DNA from: Podarcis pityusensis
Taxonomy: Eukaryota
Strand: one strand, 5' to 3'
Assembly (NCBI GenBank): GCA_964106645.2
Contig: OZ067040.1
DNA length: 64,000 nucleotides
Positions 12,757 to 25,735 of the stretch are shown here, one piece after another. Under the pieces are notes generated by a model. The model was not told the origin of the DNA and ran no database searches. It worked only from the letters and a program-made list of their open reading frames with translations. Numbering within the stretch: position 1 is the stretch's first letter; the number at the start of each line of letters is the position of its first letter. A program made the translations under genes and the position numbers.

Positions 12757-13142
12757 CTGGAATGTGAAGATATTTCACTGAGGTCTCCCATGCTACCATC
12801 ACCTGTATGATTGCTAGAAATGGCAGAAGCATAGCTGTGAACAGCATACATTTTAGTCTCATCATCTGGTCCAGGAGTTTCAGATGATTCAGCCCACTGA
12901 TCAGTCCGGCTATGTATCCCTGACCGGCTTCCAGCCAGGTGCAAAGGAGCCAAAATTGGAGCAGGCATACAAGGAGCTGTATCAATCCCACTGTCAGTAG
13001 AAGCACCTTTAATGTATGTTAATCCAAGCAAGTCAGTGTCCATTAGGTCTTCGGAGCCAAAGTGCTTATCATCACTGTTGCTGGATGTGTTACTTGACAG
13101 GGTATTACTGCTGGAATGGCTGGAACAGTTTTTGTCTCCAAT
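12757..13142 (-). CDS. SIPA1L2: SIPA1L2 coding exon 13 (386 nt; Ser-rich, contains DSGIDT)
   Basis: Acceptor TTTAAG|ATT (the less common AAG type) and donor AG|GTAAG; encodes IGDKNCSSHSSSNTLSSNTSSNSDDKHFGS...ASTDSGIDT...GDLSEISSHS. Confidence 0.95.
12978..12995 (-). other. Encoded beta-TrCP-type phosphodegron DSGIDT
   Basis: Codons GAC AGT GGG ATT GAT ACA fit the DSGxx(S/T) consensus. The paralog SPAR/SIPA1L1 is a known Plk2/SCF-beta-TrCP substrate. Confidence 0.7.
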
Positions 13143-15215
13143 CTTAAAGAGAAACATTTTACAATACAGTTTTACTTCCTCCTGTTCACAGTTTCATCAA
13201 TCAAAGAAGCAAGCAGCTGCCTCACTACTTGTTGGAAGTGCCAAATAAAAATGAAGCAGATATAATGAATAATGCTAACAGCATAAACTTGTAATATGGA
13301 TAAAATAATTAGTATTTTGATTAACACATGCTCAAATGCATCTTGGTGGTGGTGGATTTTTTTGAGTGACTTTTTGAATTAACACTTTTTGCTTATTGCA
13401 TGATTTAAAGGATATGCCATTATCACTTGTATTTTTAATTTTTTTTATCATTTGTAAGCTGCTTCAGGACTCTGGCTATGGGAAGCAAAGAACAAATTTA
13501 ATAAACCAGAGTAAAAACAGGATGGGAAATAATTTGCCCATTGTATAGAAGATTCCACTCTGCAGAGTGAATTGTGTTCAGTACAGAATAAATGTTATAA
13601 CATAGTTTTAAATTAAATCCCTAACACGTCATATTACATCAGCAAATGTCCATTTTGTTATAAGAGAACCTCAGCATGTTTGCAAGTAAGTGAACACAAG
13701 ATGAACTATTTTAAGAAAAAGACTGGCATCAGCCTCTGCATTTGCCCCTCCTGAAGCTGGGCAAGCAAGGGACAGCAAAACCCAAACTGTTCTCACCTTC
13801 TCTTCCCCACTTTGACATAACAAGCAAAATATGCAAGATTCAAAATAAAGAAATACAGATAAAGTCAACAATATCAGTTCCTCTTGTATTGAGGAAAGTC
13901 AATGTTTAAAAGGGTGTAAGTGAGGAAAGGGAAAGGGATTTAAAAAGCCTGTGTCATATTAAAAAATCGCCAGCACATATCCACCTAAATGTTTATGTAT
14001 GCAGAAACATAGGATAAGACACAGGATAACCTTGTACCAATGTTGCTCCCTTAGGTGGCTTAGATAACCAGTGCTGTTTTGATCCTACAATCATCCTTCA
14101 GTCATGAAGATGAGCTGTGACCAGCACTGGTTTTGTCCGGACAGAGTGTGGGAATCAAATATGCTGAAATAGTAGATTTGATGATTGCTCTTTTGTTTCA
14201 CTGACAAAAAGGCGATGAACATTTGCTAGCTGCAACACGGGGGAGGGACTGCTTATGCATATGAACTAGAGAAAAGCTAAGAATTTGGCTTGGCATAGTT
14301 CCCTTGTCATTTAATTTACCACAAAAGTGATATTTGTGCACAAACAGGCTCTATTTTCCAAATCTCACACTTCAGTTCTCACATTATTTAATTCAGCTGG
14401 AAATAATTGTTTCTTAACATCAGGTCATCACCACCACCACCACACAAATTAACAGGAACAAGCATAACAATATATTCTTATTAGATGCATTCTTTAAATG
14501 TGAAATTTTGCCTAAATAAAAGAAGTGCAATTGCTGGTAATTAAAACAGATGCTTATCCCTCACAATATGACAAGAAATGGCAATGTATGAATGTCACTT
14601 GAATACAATAAGAAATGTATTCAGGACTATGCAAGTCAATGTAAATTACGTTCTAATCACCAGAGTGATGCTTACATGAAGCTTTAATCCACGCAGTGCC
14701 CTAGAAACCTGCACATGCCCTTTATAATGAGATTGTTTGAGGTCACTGCCAGAAAGAATACTTGAAACTATTTCTGCATCAGTGATGCTTATTAGTTGTG
14801 CACACACTTTAGAAAAAAATTCAAGACTCTTGCAATTTATTCCACATCTGAGATTGTAACACTGGCAGATACAACTGGATGGCCTCTTTTCCATTCAATT
14901 TTACAGTTTTTCAGTTATTCCATTAAAATGATAGGACGCAAAACAATGCCAAACAGAACTGTAGGACATAGCAAGATACAGAAATAAATTTATTAACCCC
15001 AATAGCTCATTCATCTTGCAGGATAGTTTACCATCTGTAATTCGTACTTCCCATTTCTATACGGGAAAGCAGGGTCAAAACATACACTTTCAATCAAGTT
15101 GCTGGCTCAAACGCAACCAGCTATTTGCACAGCTCTCCCAACTTTTGCAACAGAGACTGTGCCCACATATTTGGAAAGATTCCTAATTTGGGAAACCCTA
15201 AGAAAAAAGACTTAC

Positions 15216-15319
15216 ATGAGAAAATTTGTTTGGTGAATCCTTGCCACTGTTCTCTTTCTGTAAAGCGCGGTCTTTATAGGAACTCAAGACTTTGGTTGAT
15301 GGTGCATGCCACTTGGTTT
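15216..15319 (-). CDS. SIPA1L2: SIPA1L2 coding exon 12 (104 nt)
   Basis: CAG|AA...CAT|GTAAG; encodes ETKWHAPSTKVLSSYKDRALQKENSGKDSPNKFSH. Confidence 0.92.
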
Positions 15320-16596
15320 CTGCCATAAATAATTATGTGTTTTAATTTCTAAACGCACAAAACATATTGTACAATGAAAAGAAGCTCACAACTTAATGCT
15401 ATATGCATCAGGTTGAAACAGTGATGTTCTTTCAAATTTCCTAGAGCAGAGAGTTTACTCTTGCCCATCATCTTAAAAGATAATTAAACTTATGTCTATA
15501 CAGCTTACTAAATGAGAGTTCTGAATAAGAAGGGCCTGTTTGTACATGTCCTTTTGCTGTGTCATTTCTACAAAACATGGAAATGCAAGCACAATGCAAA
15601 ATCAATACAAACATCCGCTTAATGTTCTGATGATCAAAAAACAGAGGGAGATAAACAGTATCATTTTAAAAGGAGTCATCCTAGTAACTTTGAGGAAAAG
15701 TAATTTAGCTTGTATGTGGATAAAAAAATATCTTAAAACTCTCTTCAAACAACAAATGTGATGAGATACATATGCAGCTGATTCTAGTCTTTATTCAAGA
15801 GAGTACTATGCGCAGGTGCACAAGACTGTGTGAAAATATGGTAGAAAATGGTGTGTGCAAGGATGTTTGCAATTATATGAGGAAGACAGAAACAGGGAAA
15901 TAGGAATATAAAAAGAAAGAAAGGAAGTAGCAGAACTGTATTAGAAAAAACAACCTTGTGGGACATCCCTTGTACCATATACACATTTAGCTACAGCAAA
16001 AGCTCCCGATCATGCCACAGCACTAATTCATGTAAGTTCCACACAAGGACAAAAATGGTACCTGATAACTATAAATCTTGAGATTTAGCATGAGTGAATC
16101 TGTATTTTCAGCAATCACACTCTCACGTGAAGAAAAATCCTCTGTAGTTTTGCACACAAATATGCAAATCTCATATGGGTGGAATCAGGTTTTGGAACAG
16201 AGATAGCCTTGATTGGCCTGGTGGAGGATTTATACCAGAAACTGGGCAAGGAGAGTGCTGGTTCTTGACCTCTCACTAGCTTCCAATACTATCAACCATG
16301 GCATCCTTCTAGATCACTGAGCTGGGATGAGACTTGGAGAAAATGTCCTTCTTGGCCAGATTTCAGAATGTGCCAGTGGGAATAATCTTTGGGATATAAT
16401 TGTGTCATAGGGCTGATATTCTCAACCATGTTGTTTTACATTTACATAAAATGGCTTGGAAAGATTTCCAAAGGTTTTGCATTTGTTACCATCAGTATGC
16501 CAGTGATAGTTTAAGATAGTTTATAATGCAAAACATTATACAAGTGGAAAACAAACCAGCAAAGCTGTAATTAAACTGAAACAGAATAATAATTAC

Positions 16597-16700
16597 CATT
16601 GGGATGCCTGGTCGCTTCCAAAGATTCTTCATGTTCTCTGCCTCCTTCACTCTCCAGTTGACCTGAACCCTGGTGATCATGAAGTAAAGGGGACTGGCAC
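16597..16700 (-). CDS. SIPA1L2: SIPA1L2 coding exon 11 (104 nt)
   Basis: TAG|G...G|GTAAT; encodes CQSPLLHDHQGSGQLESEGGREHEESLEATRHPN; phase 2 in, phase 1 out. Confidence 0.9.
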
Positions 16701-17321
16701 CTATTAACAAAGAAAGAAATTGTTGCTTTCCCCTGCTCACTAGGGAAAGCTTCTCATCCAGTTTATAAAATCCCTGCTGTAAAATGGCACAACTATATAT
16801 TTTCAGTATTGACAACGGGTAAGCAAAGAAGAGTAAAACATTCCACAGTAGTTAGAACAATTTAAATATATTCTGCTCAAGTTATTATTTATCTAAGACA
16901 TATACACAAAGTTGCCCAAATATAGCTGCTGATACCCCTGCTCAACACATTAGATCTTATGTTGATTTCTTTTTTAAATGGGTGGTTTTGTTACTAGCTG
17001 AGCCGCTTTCACTTGAGCAAAGTAGGGTACCAGTTTTTCACTAATCAGGTCTATCCAACCTAGCCCGCTCCCCCCACCCACAGCCAAATGCTGCTCCAAA
17101 AGCTTCTCCTGAGGGTTGGGAGACCCTCTTGAACAGTATGAGATATGACATAGGGGGCTGCAATTGCTACAGGGGACTGGTGAAAAACAGCTCCCTCTTC
17201 TTGTGCTAGTTGATGCACTTCCACTAGCAAATAGACGCCACTAGATACCACCACCACTCAGCTATGTATGGATTGCCTCCAAGCCTTCAGAGATGGGGCA
17301 GATTGACTACAGCAGCACATA

Positions 17322-17501
17322 CCATATTTACTTGAATCTAATGCACCATCGAATCTAATGCACACCTCAATTTTCAGAACCTTGAAACCAAAAAAAGTAT
17401 TTGCTGGTGAATGTAAATGTGCCATCAAATCTAATGCGCACCTTAATTTTCACAATGTAATTTGGCCAAAAATGGTGAGCATTAGAATTGAGTAAATACG
17501 G
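17322..17501. mobile_element. Tc1/mariner-superfamily (pogo/Tc2-like) MITE, 180 bp
   Basis: TA on both sides; 23-bp TIR CCATATTTACTTGAATCTAATGC vs CCGTATTTACTCAATTCTAATGC (4 mismatches); internal AATCTAATGC repeats. Confidence 0.8.
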
Positions 17502-17631
17502 TAATTAAATTATTATCTTTACAAAGCCACCTATGAAACATTCTACAACAGCCAGTTGGATATTCCACACGTAAATTAGCTTCTACAGTTACTGTTCATA
17601 AAAAGGGATTCAGATGTAAAGAAACAAATAC

Positions 17632-17715
17632 CCATCATATCCCACTTGGTGTCTCCACTGACTACTCCCACTTGGTCCTGGGTCACTGGAGGATGATTGG
17701 TTGCTCGGTGAACTT
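17632..17715 (-). CDS. SIPA1L2: SIPA1L2 coding exon 10 (84 nt)
   Basis: TTTCAG|A...GG|GTATT; encodes SSPSNQSSSSDPGPSGSSQWRHQVGYD. Confidence 0.92.
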
Positions 17716-18744
17716 CTGAAATAGTGACTCAAGTAATTAACCATGTACACAGTTCTGTGATGCTTCAACAACAATCAATTTTTGATATAAATTCCTAATG
17801 AAATTAGAAATACAGACAACAATATGAAGACATTTGAATAGTTTTTGTGAAATTTAAACCATTTTTAGATGCGGGGACATCTAATGATATGCAGCCTCCC
17901 TTCATCCCCACTTCAGTAGCCCTACAATCTGCTCTGGAGGGGCCTGCAACGAGGGAGCAAGAGACTGGTGAAGTCTGCCCGTGTGATACTGGATGTTTCC
18001 TACAGTCTGCACATTTTCGCATAATGACCACAATTCAGCACTTTTTAAAGTACATATAGATAGATCCTTGCAAGCAATAGTGTCTTTGCGCTCATCCGCA
18101 CTTCCATTTGTCCTGTGATTTCTAGGTACGGGCCTGAGAGGGGATTTTTTTTTGTCCGGCCACTTTCCCTGGAAAAACCCACTGCCTACTACAGAATTGG
18201 AACAAACGTCAATTGGGTTTTCATTTAACTTTTAAGTCATTTCAGTTTTTAAACAAAGACAACATTCCACAAATATCCATTTGCTCTTGGACGTTTATAG
18301 CCATGTTCTGTTGACGTTACAAATATAATAAAACTCTCTTGGAATGAGATGAAAGTATTAACCTGCAAGCAACTAATTTCATTTTTTTAAATGCTTGTTG
18401 CTCTTATTCAGAAGTTCTTATTTTATTGGTCGACTACCACAGTGGCTGAATTTGCCTGGTACCTAGCTTTTATATTCCATTATAAATAGAGAAGAGGGTG
18501 TGAGTTTTAATGTCGTCTACCTTTTAAAGTATTATTAGCACTGACCATTGTTTCAACAAGGATTAGTGGAGGCGAACACTAAGCTCACTGCAGCTCAAAT
18601 CTGTTAAAACCTTGTACAGTAGTATATGAATGAGGTTTAAAAAGAAAACAGCTTTTAAAAAATCACTTCATACCAAAGACCAGAAAGGTTTACTAATAAA
18701 GCACTAAGAAAATACAGGAATTAATAACAGAGAGAACATATTAC

Positions 18745-19002
18745 CTTGCACCATCTGGCAGCTTTCTGTCAAATGAAGTACTGCGAGGAATGGCTGTTTG
18801 CGCCTGCTGGAGAAGCTGCTGGCACTGCAATCTATCAGATGTTCCTAGGATTGGAGAGGCACGAGAAAGAGGCTGCCCTGCAGGAGCTGGCACCCGATGC
18901 CAAGTAGTATTCCTCCTGAAAGGGGTTTTATACTCACATGGGGTGCCTTCACTGTCAAGTTTGTACTCCACCATGGGAATTCGACACAGTTCTGAGCAAC
19001 CC
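18745..19002 (-). CDS. SIPA1L2: SIPA1L2 coding exon 9 (258 nt)
   Basis: CAG|G...AG|GTAAT; encodes GCSELCRIPMVEYKLDSEGTPCEYKTPFRRNTTWHRV...STSFDRKLPDGA. Confidence 0.95.
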
Positions 19003-20840
19003 CTGCAGTATACATAAACGTAATAATCCCTGAGTCTTGTAGAGATACAGCCCATCATTTTTAAAAAAGAAGTATAGCATGTGCATGTCATAAAATTATA
19101 TATTATATCAGTTATATCGTAATATAAAATATGACCCATCATCTGTACTCTTACACTAGATTATGTAAAATTTAAGTTGTCAGAGATAAAACTGAATGCA
19201 AAGCAGCTTTTCCATTCCAAGGGAAACCTGCCTGCTGAACATGCCGCTAGTATCCCTGGTGTCCAAGATATCTTAGAGTAAACAAGGAAGACTTCAGTGG
19301 GGTTGAGGGGTTATTTTATTACCCACAAGTTCACTGAGGGCCCAACTAGAGGATACATTAGCTCCATATCTGTGTTGTTTAAGTGCAGAGGACTATTTTT
19401 TTAAACACATACTCCCTGCCCAGGTGGCCAAGCAGTATTAAGACCCTATTATGGAGTAAGGGGGCTTTGACCCTTTAGCCTCCTTATGGTACCAATTCAG
19501 ACCAGGCTTCCCATGCTGGCTTCTTGCATGGGGAAAGCGAGCTTTAAAAGACACACTGTGCTAATTGCAAGTTTGAGGGGCCAAATTGACTGCAAAGGGT
19601 TAAAACCTTCATGCCCCATCATTCTAAGGTCCCAGTCTAGATTGCCAGTAGAGAGATGGGCAATCTTTTTTTAAAATAATAATAATAATAACAGCACCAC
19701 AATACCTAGCACTTAAGGGCAAATATACGGAGCCTTAAAACTCATCTAGAGGTTATTTGAATGGCTTCTCAGCAGGAAAAGGGCAAATTTACCAGCTGAG
19801 CCCTACAAAGCCCAAAGCTTGAAGAAGTGGCGTTTTCTACCTACAGTGGTCACTAACACAACAAAAACTGAAGCCGATGCTAGGACAGCATCATCTACGT
19901 TAAGTATGGCTAGATTTTTTTAAAATCAATGACCTGATCAAGCCTGAGTTTTGAGATAATATAACATGGACCTTTGATTTCAATGGATTTTCCAGAGTTT
20001 GATTTCAATGGTCTGTAGACTCACGAGGCTGAAAATCTTTAGCCATGGGAAGCACAGGGTCTAGCCCATCTGTCCACATTGGGAAGGAAAATATGCTGAA
20101 CATGTCAATACAACAGGGATAAAGCCTGGGAATAGATTAAGGTAGCAAATTAGCTATCCCTCCTGTTCACTGGACATATGCCTGTGGTTGTGAAATGCAG
20201 TGACAGAAGCTTGATCTGGATATGGGGTAACAAAACTTAGGGCAGTGGTGTCTTTAACATTTTGACAAGCACAGAAGGTGGGAAACCGGACACACATAAT
20301 CTATTATAATTTGTCCCAGTTGCTGATTGTGGACTGGAGTTTTAACCTTTATAGAAAAGTATCGGAAAGAAAATCATGTGAGAAAAATTTTGGAAGTGGA
20401 GAGTACTCTTTTTCCAGGGGCAGATAACTTGGAAAACCTCGTAAGTTTCATGATCATGTCTTCATCTTAGGATTTCCATCATAAGCGATGTCCACTAGTA
20501 TTGTCTCTAAGTCCCCTGCTGTCATATTTTCTGGTCTCTGAAGGAAAGGTAGTTGAAGAGCAAAACAGTGTTTTCGCCATGAGATGTAAAGTGAATTCCT
20601 TGTTGTTAGGGTAGTAGAGTCATAAACATTGTACAATTCAGATAGTTGGGCATCAAACAGGACAACATGATATATATGGGATCAGTTATAAGGCAAGTCA
20701 TGACATCATATGAATTTTAGAACCTGTGATGACTTCCTTGTCTCTGGTCTCTTGAATCAGGGTTTAAGATGTGATCTAGTATGTTGTATATTCCCCCATG
20801 AACAAATATTTCACAGCACAGATCTGTCTTTACAAAGCAA

Positions 20841-20889
20841 AGGAAAGGAAAGGAAAGGAAAGGAAAGGAAAGGAAAGGAAAGGAAAGGA
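20841..20889. repeat. (AGGAA)~10 microsatellite
   Basis: Directly visible; it produces the KGKER repeats in the ORF track. Confidence 0.95.
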
Positions 20890-22667
20890 GTCTTTCACAA
20901 GAGGGTTCTATGTTCATATTTAAGAGATTATATGTTTATATTAAGGTCAGTTTTAGTTTTAAACCAATTCCCAAATGAATAGTTGAGTTAGCCTGTTCTT
21001 GCAAAAAAGTCTTACGGCACCTTGAGCCTTTGATGTTATGCAATAACCTTCATGGTTTCAACCACATTATTTTTAGAAGAGAAACAGATTATAGACTGAA
21101 CTTTTAAAAAATGTAAGATTACTTTTATCCATTTTTATTCACCTTGGTTGGAAGTAGTAAAAAACAGTGGACTCTGGGGAAAACTATACTCAGTCCAGTC
21201 TGCTAAGAAGGCTTCAAAGAGTCGGATAATCCAGGAAGAGCAGACATTCTTTTAAAGAGGCAGTTGAAGAGTCTCATATTACAGGAAGTTTATACTGCAG
21301 AAAATCCCTTCTCCTTCTGTTGGGGTAGATGATGACTTAGGAGCCTGTAGAAGGGCTCTGACTTTTCTAGACTTTTTGCTGTCTGCAGCCTATCCTAAGC
21401 TATGGATCCAACTGTTTTGGAATGGCACCAGTGATAATCAGGAGAATAAGTACCAAAAAGTGTTATTTCATACTTGGAAGCAGATGGCAAAAATCTCCAA
21501 ATGAAGCTGAGAAAATCTTTCAGCTGCCAAAGGCAGCACATGTGTGGCAATATGAGTGGCAGCAATAAAGGGATAATTTCCCCCATTTCACTCTAAGAAA
21601 TTAATTTTTGGAGAACATCCATAAATAAAATGCAACATATATATCACCAATTCTACAATGCTATAGTTAAATATGTTAATGTGGCAGTCATACACAGCAA
21701 GCACTCTCCCTATTAAAGAAAGCAACTGAACGCTTGAATTAGCTGAGATAAAAAAATCATTTATTAAAGCGGGTATAACGGACATGTATTCTGTCCTCAT
21801 AATATCTATCTGCCTAGCTACAAAGGCACATCTAGCACAAGGCTGCCTCTTTTAACCTAAGTTTCCCTTTCTGCTTTCTCAATTTCTTCCTTGCTCCATC
21901 TGTTCTGGATACTTTTAGTTGAAAGTGAGAAATGGAAGAAAACATTGGTTGCCCAATCTCAAAAAGAATATTTAGAGCTGAAAAGGGTGCAGAAAAGCAC
22001 AAGCAAAATGATTTGGGTTTGGAATACGTTACCTATGAGGACAGAGCATGTGGACAAGCAGTAGCTAACATTTTTGGTGCTGAGGACTGCATCGACCTAT
22101 GGCCAATCCCTCAGGGGCTGCATGTCAATGTGAGTGTAGTCAAAGCCAAACCTTCTTAACCATTTGCCTCATTAAATATACTGAGTATCCTCACCCCTTT
22201 CCTCAATATTCCTTATTACTTTCTATCCTTTCCCCCCTTATTCTTCATTAATTTCCATTCCATTCCAAAAGCCATATTAATTTCTACTCTATTTCCCTAT
22301 TTCAAACCCCTTATTAATTTTCACTCTTTTCAAAAACATTGATTAATTGCCACCACTTGCCCCACTTATTCCCATATTGATGCTTTCCCCATTCTATAGT
22401 AAACAGTTCACTTTATTCAGAAAGCACTGCTCACTTAACTAAAAGCAACCAGTCCCCCCAGTATACAATCCATCCTTTATTAAAATAACTTATAAGATCC
22501 ATTCCATCTATTACAAGATAGCACTTCTCTCACAGACTGTGTTAGCTGCAAGTCTCATTAGCACCAAATGAGCACTACCCATTTAACAAGAAAGCCATCT
22601 GTGAAAAGGGCAAAAGAATGTCAGCAGTGAAGACACAAATAACCTACTAGCTACTGTGACTTCTTAC

Positions 22668-22942
22668 CGTCTAGGTGATCCATCTTCATGTGGCTGGATA
22701 ATCACCACCTTTACAGTCACAGAAGTGCGCAGCAGGTCAATCATTTGTTCATGAGTCAGGGTTGCTACAGCTACTTTACAGATCTCCACAAGGCGACTGC
22801 CTTGACGTAGGCCAGCTTTCCAGGCAAAACCAAATGGCTCCACATCTGCTACAATCCCTTCAAAGTTAACATGGAATCCGAGCTGTCCCAAGCCATTTCT
22901 CCTTAAGGTCATTTCTGTTGTTTCACACCCTCTAGTTACTAT
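22668..22942 (-). CDS. SIPA1L2: SIPA1L2 coding exon 8 (275 nt; PDZ domain)
   Basis: TAG|ATA...CG|GTAAG; encodes [56 protein letters not shown]...EDGSPR. Confidence 0.97.
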
Positions 22943-24353
22943 CTAAAGGAATAAGAAATTAGTGAGACCACAGTATAAAAGAATAGTGATGTAAAAATTC
23001 CAGAAATGGTGAGCTGTGGGTAGGGTGATATTGAAATGGTTTTTAAAATGTGATTTTATCCCCCTGCCATTAAGAACAGTGTAATATTTATTATAACCTA
23101 TAAGATAAAATTTTATTGTTTGATATGTTTCTGAAATCCAAAAGTAATAACAACTTTGTTTTATTAGAACAATTATAAATCAGTGTCATGATGGAACCAA
23201 TACATAAGAGCCACACTGTTAACTGGGACTTACTCCCAGCTAAGTGTTTAGGATTGCAGACTTAAGGTCTTCCAATTATTCTATTTGTGCTAGCATTCCA
23301 GCTTGCCAAATGGAACAATACGCTTCCCCCTGCACATTGTTCTGGAGGTTCTCCCAACCCTCTAAGCCAATTCTGGAAGGCATGGGGGGGGGGGGGGGGA
23401 GAGATGGGGGAAGCCTTATAGCACAAGTGAAAGTCCTTGCACAAGGCTTCCACTGACAGGGCTGGTTAGGTGAATCCTAACCTAAGTAACCTAAAAACAA
23501 GATGAAAATAAAAATTGTTTGCTATATTACAGTGTATAGTAGTTGTGTTATTGTGAGACACCCTGTAATTTTATTTTTTTATTAAGGGCCATGCATAAAT
23601 ATTTTAAACAAATTCTTAAAAGAGGAGTCAAAAGCCAGCCTGTACAAAGTCCACCAGGTTTCAGAATCAAAATGACTGGAATACTCTCATAATGTACTTC
23701 TGGACCAAACACTCACAGATGTACTCTGCAACTTCTGAAGTAAGTTTCCAACATCAAGATAGAAAATAATTACTTCTTCAGTAATCCTGTCAGACACAGT
23801 ATCAGTTCTGTCATCAGTCTTATTACTGCTTTGGAATCTTAAAACTAAACTTTTTCAGCAGGGTAAATTAACTGTCGGATTCTTTTATACACATTAGTAT
23901 TACACATTCTGAAATGTGCATTTCCTAAGAGATCCCCCCCTCCCAACTACCAATTGTTCAGTAATCTGTTTCTAGTCTTGCATGCACACCCACACCCACT
24001 TTTCATATACACCCATTTCTTTTCCACCACTTTCTTTTTTTTTTTTAACCAAGCCTTCACATCTCCCTCACTGGACACATGCCTTCTGAAACATGTAAGG
24101 AACTGCTTTCAAACAATGCAAAGTCACATGTACTAATATATTATACCCCTCGGGTAGCTAATATTGTTTTTGTCATTCATGGCTGACTAGCGATTTCTGA
24201 ATAAAGATGTTGTTCTCCAAGCTCTAACATTTGATGCCCCTGGAGCAACCATCTGTGCTGTGTCCAGTTTCTAAGACAGTACATTTCTCTTACTGATTAC
24301 TATAACAATTCAGGGATTGTTTTGTTTGTAGAAGACTTAGCAGCTGCCTTATA

Positions 24354-24718
24354 CAGTGGTGCCCCGCAAGACAAATGCCTCGCAAGACGGAAAACCCGCT
24401 AGACGAAAGGGTTTTCCGTTTTTGAGTTGCTTCGCAGGACGAATTTCCCTATGGGCTTGCTTCGCAAGACGAAAATGTCTTGCGAGTCTAGAGATTTTTT
24501 TTTCGCTTTCCCCCCCTTTATCTAATCTGCTAAGCCTTTAATAGCCTTTAATAGCCTTTTAGCAGCTAATCCGCTAAGCCTTTAAGCCTTTAATAGCCGC
24601 TAAACCGCTAATAGCGCTAATCCGTTAAGCCGCTAATAGGGTTGCTTCGCAAGACGAAAAAACCGTTAGACGAAGACTCTCGCGGAACGGATTAATTTCG
24701 TCTTGCGAGGCACCACTG
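24354..24718. mobile_element. Young Tc1/mariner-superfamily (Tigger/pogo-like) MITE, 365 bp
   Basis: TA TSD at 24352-24353 and 24719-24720; 19-bp TIR CAGTGGTGCC(C/T)CGCAAGAC; CpG-rich. Confidence 0.92.
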
Positions 24719-25158
24719 TATTAAACAAGGAAGCAAAATAGTAATTTACTGAAGTCTTTACAGGTACAGATCACCTTTTTTCATTAGAACAATGCTAAAT
24801 TATTGTAACCTGACTCATTTGACTGGGTCAGGTTATATATCTGAACAATATAACACACTTAGAGAGAATCTGAATTAAGTGAAAATTCTCTATTATGCTT
24901 AGTAGAATTGTCTGGATTTTTATTTCTTGAAATATGGCAACCCTAACTGTAATAAAAAGGGAGAATTCTGTTTCAGACTACAGCTGCCACGTTTCCAGTT
25001 TAAGCCTGGAATACAGAAATACCCTTGAAATAGTCTGGTAAATTTTTCATTTTTAAAATTCTATAGTCAGGTATCATATTTATCCATCTCCATTATCTTG
25101 AAAAATTACTGACAATAGCATTTGAAATTGCCAAGCACTTAAAAGAAACCATACTTAC

Positions 25159-25735
25159 TTCCAGTCTTTGAACCATTTCTCTGATGTCGTCAGCACAGTT
25201 ATCAAGTGCTGAGAGAAGAACACATTCTCCTCTTTCATAAAAAACTTTAACACTCATTAATCCAGATGTCCATCCAATAACATCTCTGCAGGAGCAGTTG
25301 AAAACAACATTCTTTGATTCCTTTTCAATCAACACGATGAACTCATTTGAGATACCAAGAAGACATTCAATGTCAAGGGACTGACCAAAGTCTCGTGCTA
25401 TCACATTCCATATCACTGCTCCAATGCTGAATAAGTGGGCATCCTTCCTTGGTTTCACTCTCTCTTTTTTCTTTGCTCCCAGTGTAATAAAACTAAATTT
25501 GACTGATGTGTCTACTGTAGCAGTAGTAACAAAGTTTTCTGCAAGGTCTTTCAAGTACTCTTGCCGTGTTCTAGTGGCCATGGCTCGAAATTTTTCTGAC
25601 TTGTGTGCTGCATTTTCTGCATTAATAACTTTGGCCAAAAGGAAGTCCCGGAAAACTGCTGATTTAGGGAAAGTCACTCCTTTAGGTATTGGTGGCCCGA
25701 AAGGTGGTACATCTTTTGACCTTGAAACTCCAACA
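25159..25735 (-). CDS. SIPA1L2: SIPA1L2 coding exon 7 (577 nt; end of RapGAP and linker)
   Basis: TAG|T...GAA|GTAAGT; encodes [49 protein letters not shown]...REMVQRLE. Confidence 0.96.

Noticed and set aside
14031-14084. Possible 54-nt phase-0 extra exon (TAG|GATCAA...AAG|GTTATC; DQNSTGYLSHLREQHWYK) between coding exons 12 and 13
   Set aside because: The frame fits, but the acceptor has no pyrimidine tract, the donor is weak, and I recall no matching peptide in SIPA1L2. RNA-seq would be needed.
20710-20982. ORFs with KGKER / LSFPF repeats
   Set aside because: These are translations of the (AGGAA)n microsatellite.
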